A stretch of DNA of 64,000 nt from Octopus sinensis (taxonomy: Eukaryota). Below are positions 35,350-48,259 of the stretch, piece after piece. Both the position numbers and the translations under genes were made by a program. How positions within the stretch are numbered: the first letter of the stretch is position 1; each line of letters starts with the position of its first letter. Under the pieces are notes generated by a model that had not been told where the DNA came from, ran no database searches, and worked only from the letters and a program-made list of their open reading frames with translations. The DNA is taken from assembly GCF_006345805.1 (NCBI RefSeq), contig NC_043004.1, positions 23,560,001 through 23,624,000 on the forward strand, written 5' to 3'.

Positions 35350-36289
35350 ATACAAGTATACATGCATACACAAACACACACACATATATATGTAATACAT
35401 ATATATACATATAATATAAATATACATACATGTATATGTACATATATATATATATTATAGAGAGAGAGAGAAAGAAAGAGAGGGAGAGAGGGAGGGAGAA
35501 AGAGAGATACATATATATATACATGTATATATTATATATATATATTATACACACACACTCACATAAAATTTATTTAACAAGAAATCAACAGTTTGACATG
35601 ACTCCATACAATTTGAAGTTTCCTACGTTCTTCAAGGCTTGTAGAAACCGATTGAGGCAAGTATCTGGATATTGCGCAGCTAAGGCTAACGTGGGTCACA
35701 TTGTATTATTAATATAAAAGCGACATCAATTCCAATTCTGTACGCCAGGCTGAATTCTGAGGATCACGTGCTAGGACGGGATGTTGGTGGTAACACCGTC
35801 TAGGAAGTGGAATTTTGTGTGTTAGCGACATCAGTTCGTTAGTGTGTATGCGGTGTGCTCGTCCTGCTGTGTAACATCATTTCGTCACTATATGTATGCG
35901 TGCGTATTACATGATATGGTGCGTATGATAGTTTATGTGCGTGCGTGCACATAAACGTATACGTTTGTAACCGTTGTGTGTGTATGTCTAGTGCATGTGC
36001 GTTTGCATTTGATATATGTGTGTTATTTCTCTGTTGAGAGCTGTAGCTGACTTGAAGAGTTTTTGCGTATATCTGCTGTGTTTCTTTTTATGTGATGTGC
36101 GTGTATGCTTGTAAATCTGTCATGTGCGCGTTATAGTACTCACATACACACATCCGTCGGAAGGATAATCCCTAGGACAGTCACACATCCGTCAGAAGGA
36201 TAATCCCTAGGACAAAGAAATAAGAACCCACAATATAGTAGAAGCCATAGCCGCTTATAATAGAAAGGAATACTGGTGGATTGTACCAG

Positions 36290-36438
36290 TGAAGCTAATA
36301 TGAAGGCTACAGATCCAATCCATCACTGGAACTGGAAAATCTGTAAAACTTTCCAGTTTATCATTTAAATATATATGAGCATGTCTAGATATGCAGCTAT
36401 ATACATGAGAATACATACATAAAACATACAAATCTGCA
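36290..36438 (+). mobile_element. 3' end of the same RLE-type family, followed by (ACAT)n
   Basis: KLI*RLQIQSITGT then (frameshift) KICKTFQ; 3' UTR homologous to 53049-53184. Confidence 0.6.
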
Positions 36439-36471
36439 CATACATACATACATACATACATACATACATAC

Positions 36472-37262
36472 AAAATGGCTGCCCCCTCGTTATTGAGTAT
36501 GGCCGTTGCACGAGGCTTAACTGTTAACAGTGCTGTGATCGAACGTGACTTTTTAGCCTAGCTAAAGACCTACAATGTCTTGGACAGAATTGGCAGCTAA
36601 AACCTTTACTGGCAATAGCCGGCTGTAATTGTAATTCGGCTTAATATACCTTTGCATGTCGATTAAGTCTTCCCACTGAATCACACATCCTTCCACATGC
36701 TCGACATATATGATTAGTATTGTGTGTAGCACCACCACCAGCGGCCTGGTAGTCAATCATCGTTCTCGCTTTATGACTACGAAGATGACTCATGAGCCCA
36801 GCTTTACTGAGGCAGGGTCTTGCTAAGATACTGCATGTCAGCGTCATAAGAAGACCCTTACCGTCTAGAAGTACAACAGCGATGTCCTTCCTGACATCCC
36901 TTCATGCACAATCCTTCTCCACCCTGCTACGGTCAATAGCTATGCTCTCCCAAGTGTCTGGAGAGCTGCTAACATCTTTCAAGGAAACCTTCAGCAAGTC
37001 TTAATACCTCTGTTTTGGTTTATGTGGAGGTCGTTCTCCTTTAGCTAACTCTCTATAAAAGAATTGTTTTGGTATCCTTGAATCTTTCATCCTGACCAGA
37101 TGACCACTCCATCTAAGCCTTTTCTTCAACACAAGAGCTTCTATACTTTCACACCGAGAGCCAATATTTCAAGATTACTGGGTTGCCAGTTCAGTCGCCG
37201 ACGACCCGGCCATGAAACAGGTTGTACTGGACTACATGGTACCAGTAGCACTCAAGAGCGAC
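36472..37262 (-). mobile_element. RTE-clade LINE 3' fragment flanked by (TATG)n on both sides
   Basis: PKQFFYRELAKGERPPHKPKQRY..DLLKVSLK and the C-terminal zinc-finger-like segments RPCLSKAGLMSHLRSH and CRACGRMCDSVGRLNRH. Confidence 0.8.
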
Positions 37263-37889
37263 CTGACATAACATACATACATACATACATACATACATAC
37301 ATACATACATACATACATACATACATACATACAAACATACATGCATGCATACATACATAATACATACATACATACACGCACACACACACACACACTTTAT
37401 TTATAGAGTTTATTGAATAATGTGAGATAAATTACAGTATGATAACGGCACATCAATACGTGATGTGGAAATGATTGATTAATACAAATTGTGCTACAAG
37501 CGAGAAATAACCAATATTTGTAGGAATCTTTTGTGAGGGCGTAGGAGAACAAGTGATTACTTTGGCATGAGTGAATATTTAAGGAAATATTTTAAAACAG
37601 GATGTAAATATAAATAAACAGACGAGTACTTGAACACCTGAATAGCGATATAAATGAACAGATGCAAAAATAGAAATAGGAGGCTGATTAGATATTTACT
37701 ATTACAATAATGAATGATACGATACAGTAAAACATGATAAAGTAGGGACGTATGATTGGAATATATCTCGGTAACACGAGTAATTAAAACCTAAAAAGGG
37801 AGGACCATTAAATGACATAATATTACTAATGTTATATGATAAAGAACGGAGTTTGAGGATTTGTAATGAAGTGTTAACCTTTCATGGTA

Positions 37890-38410
37890 TCAGAACCGCT
37901 AGGTTACAGGGACGTAAACACACCACCACCTATTTCTTTATTACCCACAAGGGGCTAAACATAGAGGGGACAAACAAGGACAGACATAGGTATTAAGTCG
38001 ATTACATCGACCCCAGTGCGTAACTGGTACTTAATTTATCGACCCCGAAAGGGTGAAAGGCTAAGTCGACCTCGGCGGAATTTGAACTCAGAACGTAGCG
38101 GCAGACGAAATACCGCAAAGCATTTCGCCCGGTGTGCTAACGTTTCTGCCAGCTCGCCGCCTTAAACACACCACCACCGGTTGTCAAGCGATGGTGGGGG
38201 TAAACAACGACACAAAACCACGCACGCGCGCGCGCACACACATATACACATATATATGTATATACGACGGGCTTCTTTCAGTTTCCTTCTACCAAATCCA
38301 CTCACAAGACTTTGGTCGGCTCGACACTATATAGTAGAAGACACTTGCCGAAGGTGCCACGCAGTGGTACTGAACCCCGGACCGTGTGGTTGGTAAGCAA
38401 ACTTCGTTCC
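37890..38410 (-). mobile_element. SINE family A interrupted by a family B SINE
   Basis: TSD taaacacaccaccacc at 37915-37930 and 38163-38178. Confidence 0.85.
37931..38162 (-). mobile_element. SINE family B, full length with TSD
   Basis: Flanked by a 14-16-bp TSD inside a family A SINE. Confidence 0.92.
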
Positions 38411-38838
38411 ACCCAACCATTAAAGATTATTCATTAGGTTTTTGTATGAAATTAAATGCGATTGTTCAATTGACTTCAATTACGTCCATAAATCTTTTCT
38501 TATTGCAAAATATCAAAGATATTAAATGAAGTTTTATCAGCAGGATTCTTGTTGAATTTTAAATATATACTCTCTCGAAAATGTCAGCCACCAAAATAAA
38601 CGGGCAGGTATAGCATATACGCATTAATATATGAGATATGCTTGAATACACAAATACACAGACGAACTGATAAATAATTATACGTGAATATATGACAAAT
38701 AAGTAGACGTGAATATACAAACATACACTAGGTTTATGTTTGTATATTCACGAATATTTATGCCTATACGCATGAACTGCTGTTTTCTCTGTCTTCTGCG
38801 CATTTAAACAAATACGCACATACAAAGGAATATATACG

Positions 38839-38884
<46 letters not shown>

Positions 38885-38944
38885 TATATATATATACATC
38901 GTACATATATGTTTGTATGTATGCATATATTTTATTTATTACAC

Positions 38945-38977
<33 letters not shown>

Positions 38978-39479
38978 TATATATATATAAAGGGGTTTGT
39001 ATGATTGTGTATAGATGGATATATATTATTCAAAGGAATTCCAACTCTGTCTGTTTTTTTATGTTTTATTTATATTCTTTATAATATTAATGTAGAATAT
39101 AGAATATATAGTATAAATAGTATATATAATAAAATGAAATGAAGTATTGATTGTCTTATTGAATAGATGAAATATTGAATATAAAATATTAAGGGTCTAG
39201 TATACTTTCTTGCATATATATGTATATATTTATATATATATATATACAGTTTACGTGTACATGTAGTTCACCAGTGACGGAAGGGCAAACATAAACAAAC
39301 ACATACTGACAACTGTATATCAAGATTTATGTTCGCGTGCACACACACACACACACAAACACGAACACAATGAAATACAACGCTTATAGACGCATGTATG
39401 TATATATATGCTAACAACACAAACATACCTAACTGGAGAATGAAGCACAAATATACGCACACGTACGCACAAAAGGAAT

Positions 39480-39865
39480 AAATTGACACGCATACGCAAA
39501 CACACGCTCTGTCTGTCTGTCTGTTTGCTTGTCTGCCTGTCTGTCTGCTTGTCTGTCTCCTTCTCTCTGTCTCTCTGTCTCTCTCTATTTCCCTCTCACT
39601 CACTGACATACCCCCTCTCTCTCTCTCTCTCTCGCTTACACACATACATACACTCTCTAGCTGTCTTCCTTTCTCACCAGCATATTCACTTTCCCTCCAT
39701 CTCTCTCTCCCTCCTTCTCTCTCTCCCTCTTTTTCTCTCTCCCTCCTTCTCTCTCTCTCCCTCCTCTCTCTCCATTCCCCACTCCCTCCCTTCTTCTCTC
39801 TCCCTCCCTCCTTCACTCTCTCCATCCTTCTCTCTCTATCCCTCCTTATCTCTCTCCCTCCTCTC

Positions 39866-39910
<45 letters not shown>

Positions 39911-39930
39911 ACTCTCTCTCTCTCTCTGAC
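39480..39930. repeat. (CTGT)n/(CT)n/(CA)n pyrimidine-rich low-complexity tract
   Basis: Seen directly. Confidence 0.95.
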
Positions 39931-40202
39931 AGATATACACACACTCACAACATCAGTTTTCTTATTGTTAGGCTAAAAATATCCTTAATTTTCAGTATTT
40001 ACTCCTGGGAATTTCAAAGAAGTCGAGTTATTGTTGCCTTAATATCACATAATTCTCTTTAATAGCTTTCTAGAAAGATAAAATATTTGTGTTTGAGTGT
40101 GTGCGCGTGTATGTGTGTGCATGTGTGTGTGTTTGTGTGTGTATGTTGTGTCTGTGTTGTGTTGTGTACACTCGCGGTGCGCTTAAATGTATGTATGAAC
40201 AG

Positions 40203-40203
40203 C

Positions 40204-40241
<38 letters not shown>

Positions 40242-40289
40242 AGAGATAAATCGGTAGATAGAAACAAACATAGTGAGTGAGTGAGTGGT

Positions 40290-40361
<72 letters not shown>

Positions 40362-40402
40362 GGTAGATAGAAACAAACATAGTGAGTGAGTGAGTGAGTG
40401 AG

Positions 40403-40463
<61 letters not shown>

Positions 40464-40511
40464 ATCGGTAGATAGAAACAAACATAGTGAGTGAGTGAGT
40501 GAGTGAGAGAC

Positions 40512-40572
<61 letters not shown>
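40203..40572 (+). repeat. Compound minisatellite: 3 x [(GA)n-aatcggtagatagaaacaaacata-(GTGA)n]
   Basis: An identical 24-nt core occurs near 40250, 40358 and 40463, with variable (GA)n lengths. Confidence 0.9.
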
Positions 40573-40576
<4 letters not shown>

Positions 40577-41069
40577 GAGGGAAACGAAAACAACTCGGGA
40601 TAGATTTATGAAAAATATTAATAGTTTGATGTTCAGAGAAGTGGAAAGATTTAATTACGACGTTTCAGATATGGTTGTTCTTCAGAATATAGATGGAGAT
40701 TAGAAAATGAAATTGAAAGACGAGGAACTCCATCAACTAAATGAAGGAAAGAATCTCCCCAAACACACACACATACTTCTCATACAAACACAAACACTTA
40801 AAGTTAACACAAACGCACACATACAGTTAATAGCACACACGCTTCCACTCATACCCCTACACACACTCACAATTACCACCACACGCATACACGCACACAC
40901 GCACGCTCACACGTTCACGTACACACATGCGCGCGTGCGTATAGTTACTTCCACACATACGTGCTACCATATATACACAGGCTATCGCGCACACACACAC
41001 ACACATACACACAGAAGCTACCACACGCAAAGGCTACTAGACACACCACACACCAACACACACACGCAC

Positions 41070-41300
41070 GCACGCACCTTCTGTCTTCAGACTCTTCTGT
41101 CCCAGAAAGCACTTTCTCCTCCTCCTTCTATTTCTGGTCACTTCAGAAATGTAACCCCACGTGGACTATTGGCGATTTTTTCGTCCTTCCTTCTTTCCCT
41201 TTGGACTTTCCAGTTTTCCCTGTTTCCGAAGAGCTATGTTCGAAACGTAAAACAACTACTCTCCTCTTTCTCTGAGCGTCGTACTAAAACATTACTTATG
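41070..41300 (+). mobile_element. Penelope-like terminal (pLTR) fragment with a decayed hammerhead at 41222-41253
   Basis: GUUU-CCGA(core shortened)-A-GAGC UAU GUUC-GAAA-CGU-A-AAAC. It has a palindromic ACGU stem III and stem I GUUU/AAAC. Confidence 0.45.
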
Positions 41301-41439
41301 CGATGTCTCCACGTTCGTTTGTTTGTTTTTTATCTGTATTTTTAAAATTGACTGTATATATATATATATGTATATACACACACATAGATATGTGTGTGCA
41401 TATAAATATACATACATATATATATTTTTAAATAATACA

Positions 41440-42732
41440 CACAGTATGGCTGCTATTTCAGTTTCAATGTGTTGAACTGTAATATGAGCGAAATAAGGAA
41501 GATTGATAGGAGAATCCGTAAGCTGCTGACTTGCAGTAAGATGCACCATCTAAAAGCAGACGCAGATCGACTTTGCCTACCCAGAGCTCAAGGAAGTCGA
41601 GGCTTGATCCAATCTGAAATCTGCAAAACTACCACAACTGGAGTGGCAAAATATCTTGAAACATCTAACGACTGGATGCTAAAGCTCGTTGAAAACCATG
41701 AAATGCGCAAGAAGATTCATTCTGTTATGGAGATCAAAAAAGTTTCAAGTGACTTAATGCAGGTTGAACAGCATTGATGGAAGTGCAGCAACGATAGTTG
41801 CAAAGAAGGTGAAACCAATAGCAAAGCAAAATGCGTTTGGATAATTGGTGGATAGGTGGGAACAAAAAGCTCTGCATGGTAAATATGTGGCCCGTAGCAA
41901 ACAAGCTGATGTAGACCAGAGCTAAAGACAGTGAGTGAAGGCTTTATTTTGTCTGCCCAAGCTTATTGACCTGGAACTATCAAGCCAATGTGGTGAAAAA
42001 TGATGTAGACCCAAAATGCCGATACTTTATCGATTGGATAGAAACAATGGCCCACCTAATCTCTGTATGTAAGGTTTTAGCACCTGTAGAGCACAAATGA
42101 AGACATGACTCAGTTGGCCAATATCTATACTGGATAATGTGTCGGCATTATAAAATTGAGGGAGAAAATGTAACTATTCCTTGGGACTTCCCAGTATGTA
42201 CAAACCGGACAATCAAATCAAATAAACCAGATATTCTTGTGAAAGACAAAAACAATAAAGTCTGTTTATTGATTGATATGAACATACCCTGTGACAATAA
42301 TATCTCGGGAAAAGAATTTGATAAACTCAGAAAATATAAAGATTTGCTAATCAAAATCGAAAAGATGTTGCATCTCAAGACAGTTACAATATCAATGATT
42401 GTAGGAGCACTGAGAATGATCAAAAAAGGAACTGAAAATTATTTTCATCCATGCAGGAAGTGCAAAAGATTGCCTTAACTGGTATTGAGAAGGGCAGTGT
42501 CGCTGTGAATTTTCTTTTCTTTTCTCTCCCTCTTTATTTTATTTGTTTACTTTTTTACTTGTTAGTTTTCCTTTATCTCGCCGTCTTCTCCTTTTTCTCT
42601 ATCACATGACTTCGTGAATGAACGATCTGGTGTGTTTATTTTAATGGCCTACCAATGTATACAGTACGTTCCCCAGCCCTAGGTGTCAGGAAGACACTCG
42701 GCAAGAAATGGAAACAGAATTGAAAGAAGGTG

Positions 42733-42734
<2 letters not shown>
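41440..42734 (+). mobile_element. R4/Dong-like non-LTR retrotransposon, 5'-truncated (RT thumb, CCHC, restriction-like endonuclease, 3' UTR)
   Basis: RKIDRRIRKLLTCSKMHHLKADADRLCLPRAQGSRGL; KCRY..ETMAHLISVC; NKPDILVKDK..CLLIDMNIP; IVGAL. The 3' end abuts an aat(act)n(aat)n tract. Confidence 0.85.
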
Positions 42735-42777
<43 letters not shown>

Positions 42778-42799
42778 ATAATAATAATGATGATGATGA

Positions 42800-43011
42800 T
42801 GGCTTCAAATTTTTCCACTCGGGCAGCAATTTTGGGGGAAGGGGCGAGTCAATTACATCGACCCCACTCTTCAACTGGTACTAATTTTATTGACCCCGAA
42901 AGGTTAAATGTAAAGTCAACTTCGGTGGAATTTGAACTCAGAACGTAGCGACAGGCGAAATACCGCTAAGCATTTCGCCCGGCGTGCTAACAATTCTGCC
43001 AGCTCGACGCC

Positions 43012-43013
<2 letters not shown>
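42800..43013 (-). mobile_element. SINE family B
   Basis: Lies between (GAT)n and (AAT)n tracts. Confidence 0.85.
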
Positions 43014-43047
<34 letters not shown>

Positions 43048-43139
43048 TAATAATAAACTGGTATTTATTTAATCGACCCCGAAGGTAAAAAATTGGCGGG
43101 GAGAATGATAGAGATGTGGCCCTCATCATACAGGAACGC

Positions 43140-43840
43140 CTCTAGGGATAATCGAGGAACCCCATTGTCCGAGATTTCCCTGAGACCCTAGGAGCAAGTG
43201 CCCTCTTCAATTCCTTCTCTCCGACGCAAAGGTCTACACTTAGAGAGGTGCCATCCACTCTTGCCATTTTCGCAACTTTAACCCATCGTTCAGTAAACTC
43301 ACTCGAGGACAGCACTTCCTTCTCCAGTCTCAATTTCCTTTTCAAGTGAAACTTGAAGAAGTCAATGAGAGTTCTACCAAAGAGGAATGTTCACCAAACA
43401 ACCTCTTTCGCCACAATTACCAGGCAAACGAAAACTCTTTGCCTCCCCGAATGAAGGAGGGCGGCGGTGCGATCATCACTACAGACTCGGCCGACAGACG
43501 GATCTGTCCCATACGTGACAGCAGCTGTTCAACATAACCCCACAAGTCAGCAATGTCCGGACACTGAACGAGGGCCAGTCTGCGCGCACCTCGGACAAGT
43601 CCATTTGACAGCACATCCGTCCTTGTAGAGATAATCTCGAACTGTTAGCGCCCACCGATAGCGCTGCCAGGCCAAGGACATCTGGAAATTATCTATGAGA
43701 GTTTCCGACCGGAAAGTCCTCCGGAACAGACTAGCCAGTTCGTTCTCGTGGGTGTCCAGAGTCTCACCGAGAACGTCGTCGCACTTCCCCGCGACTAATC
43801 CTCTATAATTTTCTAAAGCGGAACATTCACCGATCTCATT
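43140..43840 (-). mobile_element. Tx1/L1-clade LINE 3' fragment
   Basis: TCPRC...ALVQCP (CCHC with the His segment deleted), LWGYVEQLL, and C-terminal KRKLRLEKEVLSSSEFTERWVKVAKM. Confidence 0.7.
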
Positions 43841-44396
43841 GCAAAATTATAGGTGCAGCGTGGAACCTTGGGCAAGTGTCTTCTATTACAGCATGGCCGA
43901 CCAAAGCCTTGTGAGTGGATTTGGTTGATGGAAACTGAAAGAAGCCTGTTATATGTGTGTGTGTTTATGTGTGTATGTGAGTGTGTGTGTGTGCATGTTT
44001 TTCCCTACCAACCCTTGGCAACCGGTATTGGTGTTTTTACGTTTCCATATTTTAGCGGTTCGATAAAAGAGACAGCTAGTATAAGGACAAGGCTTAGAAA
44101 AAAAAATTTTGAAACCGATTCATTTGACTAAAAATTCTTCAAGGCGCTGGTAAAAGATAATGTTCAGACTTTGGAGTAAGAACTAAGGTCTTTTGCGCAG
44201 TAATTTCTTCTGCGGTTATATATTGCGTCGTTGTTGGAGGTAAAAAAAATTTTTTAAAGAAGAAAGATAGATATTAAAATATAATTGAGAATGCCATCTG
44301 GTGTAGTGTGATGAAATAGGAAAATTTAAGAAATACTAATGGAATTTAATGATTGCGCTACAATGAAAATAAGCGGCACGACAGTATCCTTTACAT

Positions 44397-44454
<58 letters not shown>

Positions 44455-44586
44455 ACTACTACTACTGCTACTACTAATAATAATGATTAGGATAATGATA
44501 ATAATAATAATAAGCAGAACGACAGTAGTATTGATAAAAGAAGTAGTGATGATGGTGATGGTGGCAGCAGCAGTAGTAGTAGTAGC

Positions 44587-44635
<49 letters not shown>

Positions 44636-44636
44636 A
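44397..44636. repeat. (TAC/TGC)n ... (GCA/GTA)n inverted trinucleotide arrays
   Basis: The left and right tracts are reverse complements. Confidence 0.9.
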
Positions 44637-44882
44637 ACTGATGTAAAATGCGTCGGTGCTTCAAATCATATTAAACCAGAACGAGAGGTAGCAGGGAGAG
44701 GGGGAGGAGGAAGTATACAAGGGGGAAAAGAATTTCATTTCTTTTTCAAAACGGAAAGAGTGAATAATGTCGGCCATTTTGCTTTTTCATGAAGAAGAAC
44801 AAAATGCAAATTCGAAGATAAAAAGAATACTTAACTTGCTTTCTTGATGAGAGAGAGAGAGAGAGAGGGGGGAGAGGGAGAA

Positions 44883-44917
<35 letters not shown>

Positions 44918-45548
44918 TAGAGAGAGAGAGAGATAGATAGAGAGAGAGAGAGAGAGAGTTACACTGGCCAATTGAATAAGGAGAAACATTGTACTGGTCA
45001 GTTGAATGGGATATCTTTTTTCTTATCCGCAGTTGTGTGATAAAGGAAATTTAAACGAGAAAATATACGAGGAACTAATAGAGGGGAAAGGTCTTATAAT
45101 AAAAATGTTTAGTCGGAGATGTATAGCTTGAAATCGACTGAATAATTGTGTGTATATATGTTTGTGTGTGCGCGTGCGCATCTGTTATTTTGAATATGCG
45201 AATATGCATACTTACGTACGTACATATGTACGTACATATGTACGTATGTAATATGTATGTATGCATGTATGTATGCATGTATGTATGCATGCATGCATGC
45301 ATGCATGTATGCATGCATGTATGTATGCATGCATGCATGCATGTATGCATGCATGTATGTATGTATGTACGTATGTATGTATGTATCAGATGAAATCCAG
45401 AGATGCTCAGTATAGAAGACGCTTAGTAGCACTCAAATGATTTCATCTTGCAATCCGAAATCTTTACAGAGGACCGAGTCTGCGTAGTTACGAGTAGCTA
45501 TAAGAGGAATCCAAGTGAACAGATATACATTATTATATGCGTTTTTTT

Positions 45549-45978
45549 ATTCTTTTATTCTTTCATTTGTTTCAGTCATTTGACTGAGGCCATGCTGGAG
45601 CACCGCCTTTAGTTGAACAAATCGACCCCACGACTTATTCTTTGTAAGCCTAGTACTTATTCTATCGGTCTCTTTTTTTGCCGAACCGCTAAGTTACGGG
45701 GACGTAAACACCAGCATCAGTTGTCAAGCGATGGAGGACACACACACACACACATACTCATACACATACACACACGCACACACACATGTATATACACACA
45801 CATGTATATACACACATATGTATATATACGACGTGCTTCTATCAGTTTCGTCTACCAAATCCACTCACAAGACTTTGGTCGGCCCGAGAAGACACTTGCC
45901 CATGGTGTCACGTAGTGGGACTGAACTTGGAACCATGTGGTTAGTAAACAAGCTACTTACCGCATAGCCGCTCCTGTA
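45549..45978 (-). mobile_element. SINE family A
   Basis: Reverse-complement copy. Confidence 0.9.
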
Positions 45979-46329
45979 TATATGTATAAATGTATTTATG
46001 ATTTAGAAAGATCAACAAAAATGCACAGTGAAATTGCAGTGGGTTGTAGGAAATCCAACGCCTCGGATGGAGTTCATCTTTAGGGAAAAGTTGATAGCAG
46101 TGAAATTAGACAAAGACAGGCGAGTTTTGCGTTGCATGTCTATGAGAAACTGGCTGCAACTGATGAGGAATGCAAGACCATATGAACTTCATGCGTAAAC
46201 AGAAAATAGGAATAGGGAGTAACTTGGTGAAAAGGTAGGAGAAAAGGGAAAGGAAATGAGAATAAATGAGAAAAGGTGAAGGTGAGAAGGAAGTTGAAGA
46301 ATAAAAAAGAGATTGCTCAAATAAGGGTA

Positions 46330-47070
46330 GATGGAGGAGTAAAAGGAATGGCGTGAATTTAAACTAGTCGGTGACATGGTACTAAGTTCGAATATGAAAC
46401 GTTCCTTGTTTCCTTGAGTATGTGGAACCAAGGTGTGTGGAGATGCCGCAACTGATAACGAGTAATGAATGGCTTGTTGCATTGAAGTTGATGGCGACAG
46501 GTTGGCAAAGCATACATATCTTTTGCAAACTTAGCAGCACTTTCTATACTAAGGAAATAGCCCGACACTCTTACTGATCGCTTTCTGTAGCACATTCAAA
46601 GCATACTACAAGGTCCTTGATTACCTTCAGAGGAATCATCTCTTTTGCAAGCATTCAGGCTAGGTCTTAGGTGCGAGAGTAACTACCTCTGTCAGATGTG
46701 TGGGTCCTTAAAAAAGCATGGATGCTTCTCTTCCTCATCTTAGCTAATTAGAGAAAATAAGGATATATAAAAACTCCCTCACTGACTAAGGTCATCTCGA
46801 TTTAAAGTATTTAGAAAAAAGTGCATAAGTTTATCCCTGCATTCAAGCTGTAACTCATGAGAGGAGTTAGAACTCAGCATTGCAAGCTAACGAAACACTC
46901 GTGATTTTACAGTGCTACTTCTACGGCTTACAACGATGAGTTATAACACTTGTTTACAGCTCGGCGAAGCGGGATGTGAACGTGTAGTATGTGGACCGTA
47001 GATGGGCAAGACTGAATATCAGTGACAGGATGTGATCTGAAGTGGTAGCCAAGTACCTTTACAGACTTAG
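46330..47070 (-). mobile_element. Probable highly decayed Tx1/L1-like fragment
   Basis: Weak similarity only: VKVLGYHF (RT domain 7-like), and LSIESAAK resembling LSAESVV of the 43 kb copy. Confidence 0.3.
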
Positions 47071-48259
47071 ATAGCCGTGCTTTATAATGAAAATATGTTT
47101 TATATGCCAATCCAAAGGAGATGTACACTGTGGTCACTACAGTTCAAACGACAGAAAAGAAGTAGAAAAATGTTTTTTTTTCAGTCTTCTAAACCACCGC
47201 AACAGCAACAATTACCATCCGATGGAAACGACCTTGACAACAAAAACAGCAATAACAACAATAACAAAATCCAAACATAATATGAATTAATAGCAAATTC
47301 TAGGCAAGGAATAAATTCTATTAGAATAATTTGAAGTATTACCAATAAATGATCAACATACAAGCAAACCGACCATAACACCATAACAACAAAACAAATA
47401 CTAATGGCACTTGATTCAAAACTGAATGTCTGGCGAAATAGTTGAAAATTTCAAGTTTTTTTTCAAGTTGTTTAATATGTTTGACGATCACCTGCAGCCT
47501 GAAACTGATTGCAAACATTTATATAATCTTCAGTTGTATTCTTTATTTTTCATGTGTCTAGACAAAACATTAACACCACCATAACCTTAACCCCCCCCCC
47601 ACAACAATTCTAAGACTATAAACATGCACACAGATATATTTTCACTGACATATTTTTTTCCATCTTGCCGTAGATTTCTTCTACTAGACGAAATCGTGCG
47701 GCAAGATCAAGTCGAAAGGCTTACCAAATGGAACCTAGTTGGGAGGAAAAAATAGTATGAAAAAAAGTGTCATTCATAAAGAAAATCCATCACATTGGAT
47801 GAGGTGACTCAGAACCCGACAAACAGGCACACATCCACACAACCAACAACTCCGACCATATTAAAAAAAATAAAAGGAACAGGAATGTATACACAGAAAC
47901 AATAACCAAACGCATACCAAACCCTAACCACTAACTTCACTGTTGTTATCTAAAACAATGATGTAAAAATTGAGTACATGGAACAGAGAATATATGTATA
48001 CGAAATACAAACAGAAGCAGGTGGAGTTTCAACTACCCCAAAATAACGCAATCTATATAAACTCCCTCATCCAACCGAGGGTTCTTACAGAAGTATAAAA
48101 ACTACCTTCACAGGTGATGCCGCAAAATTCTGTAAGAGGATAGATAAGAGACTCTTAAAAGGGCTTATTGAAAACCTCCACTCACATGTCAAGGAGCCCA
48201 AAGTAACAGGCCTTCTAAGTCAAGGTGAGTAAACACCTTTGCTTTTTTCTTCAACCGAC

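Noticed and set aside
40655-40690. Minus-strand CUGAAGA...GAAACGUC
   Set aside because: The core words are present but stems I and II do not pair. At best it is a heavily decayed remnant, and it is not counted.
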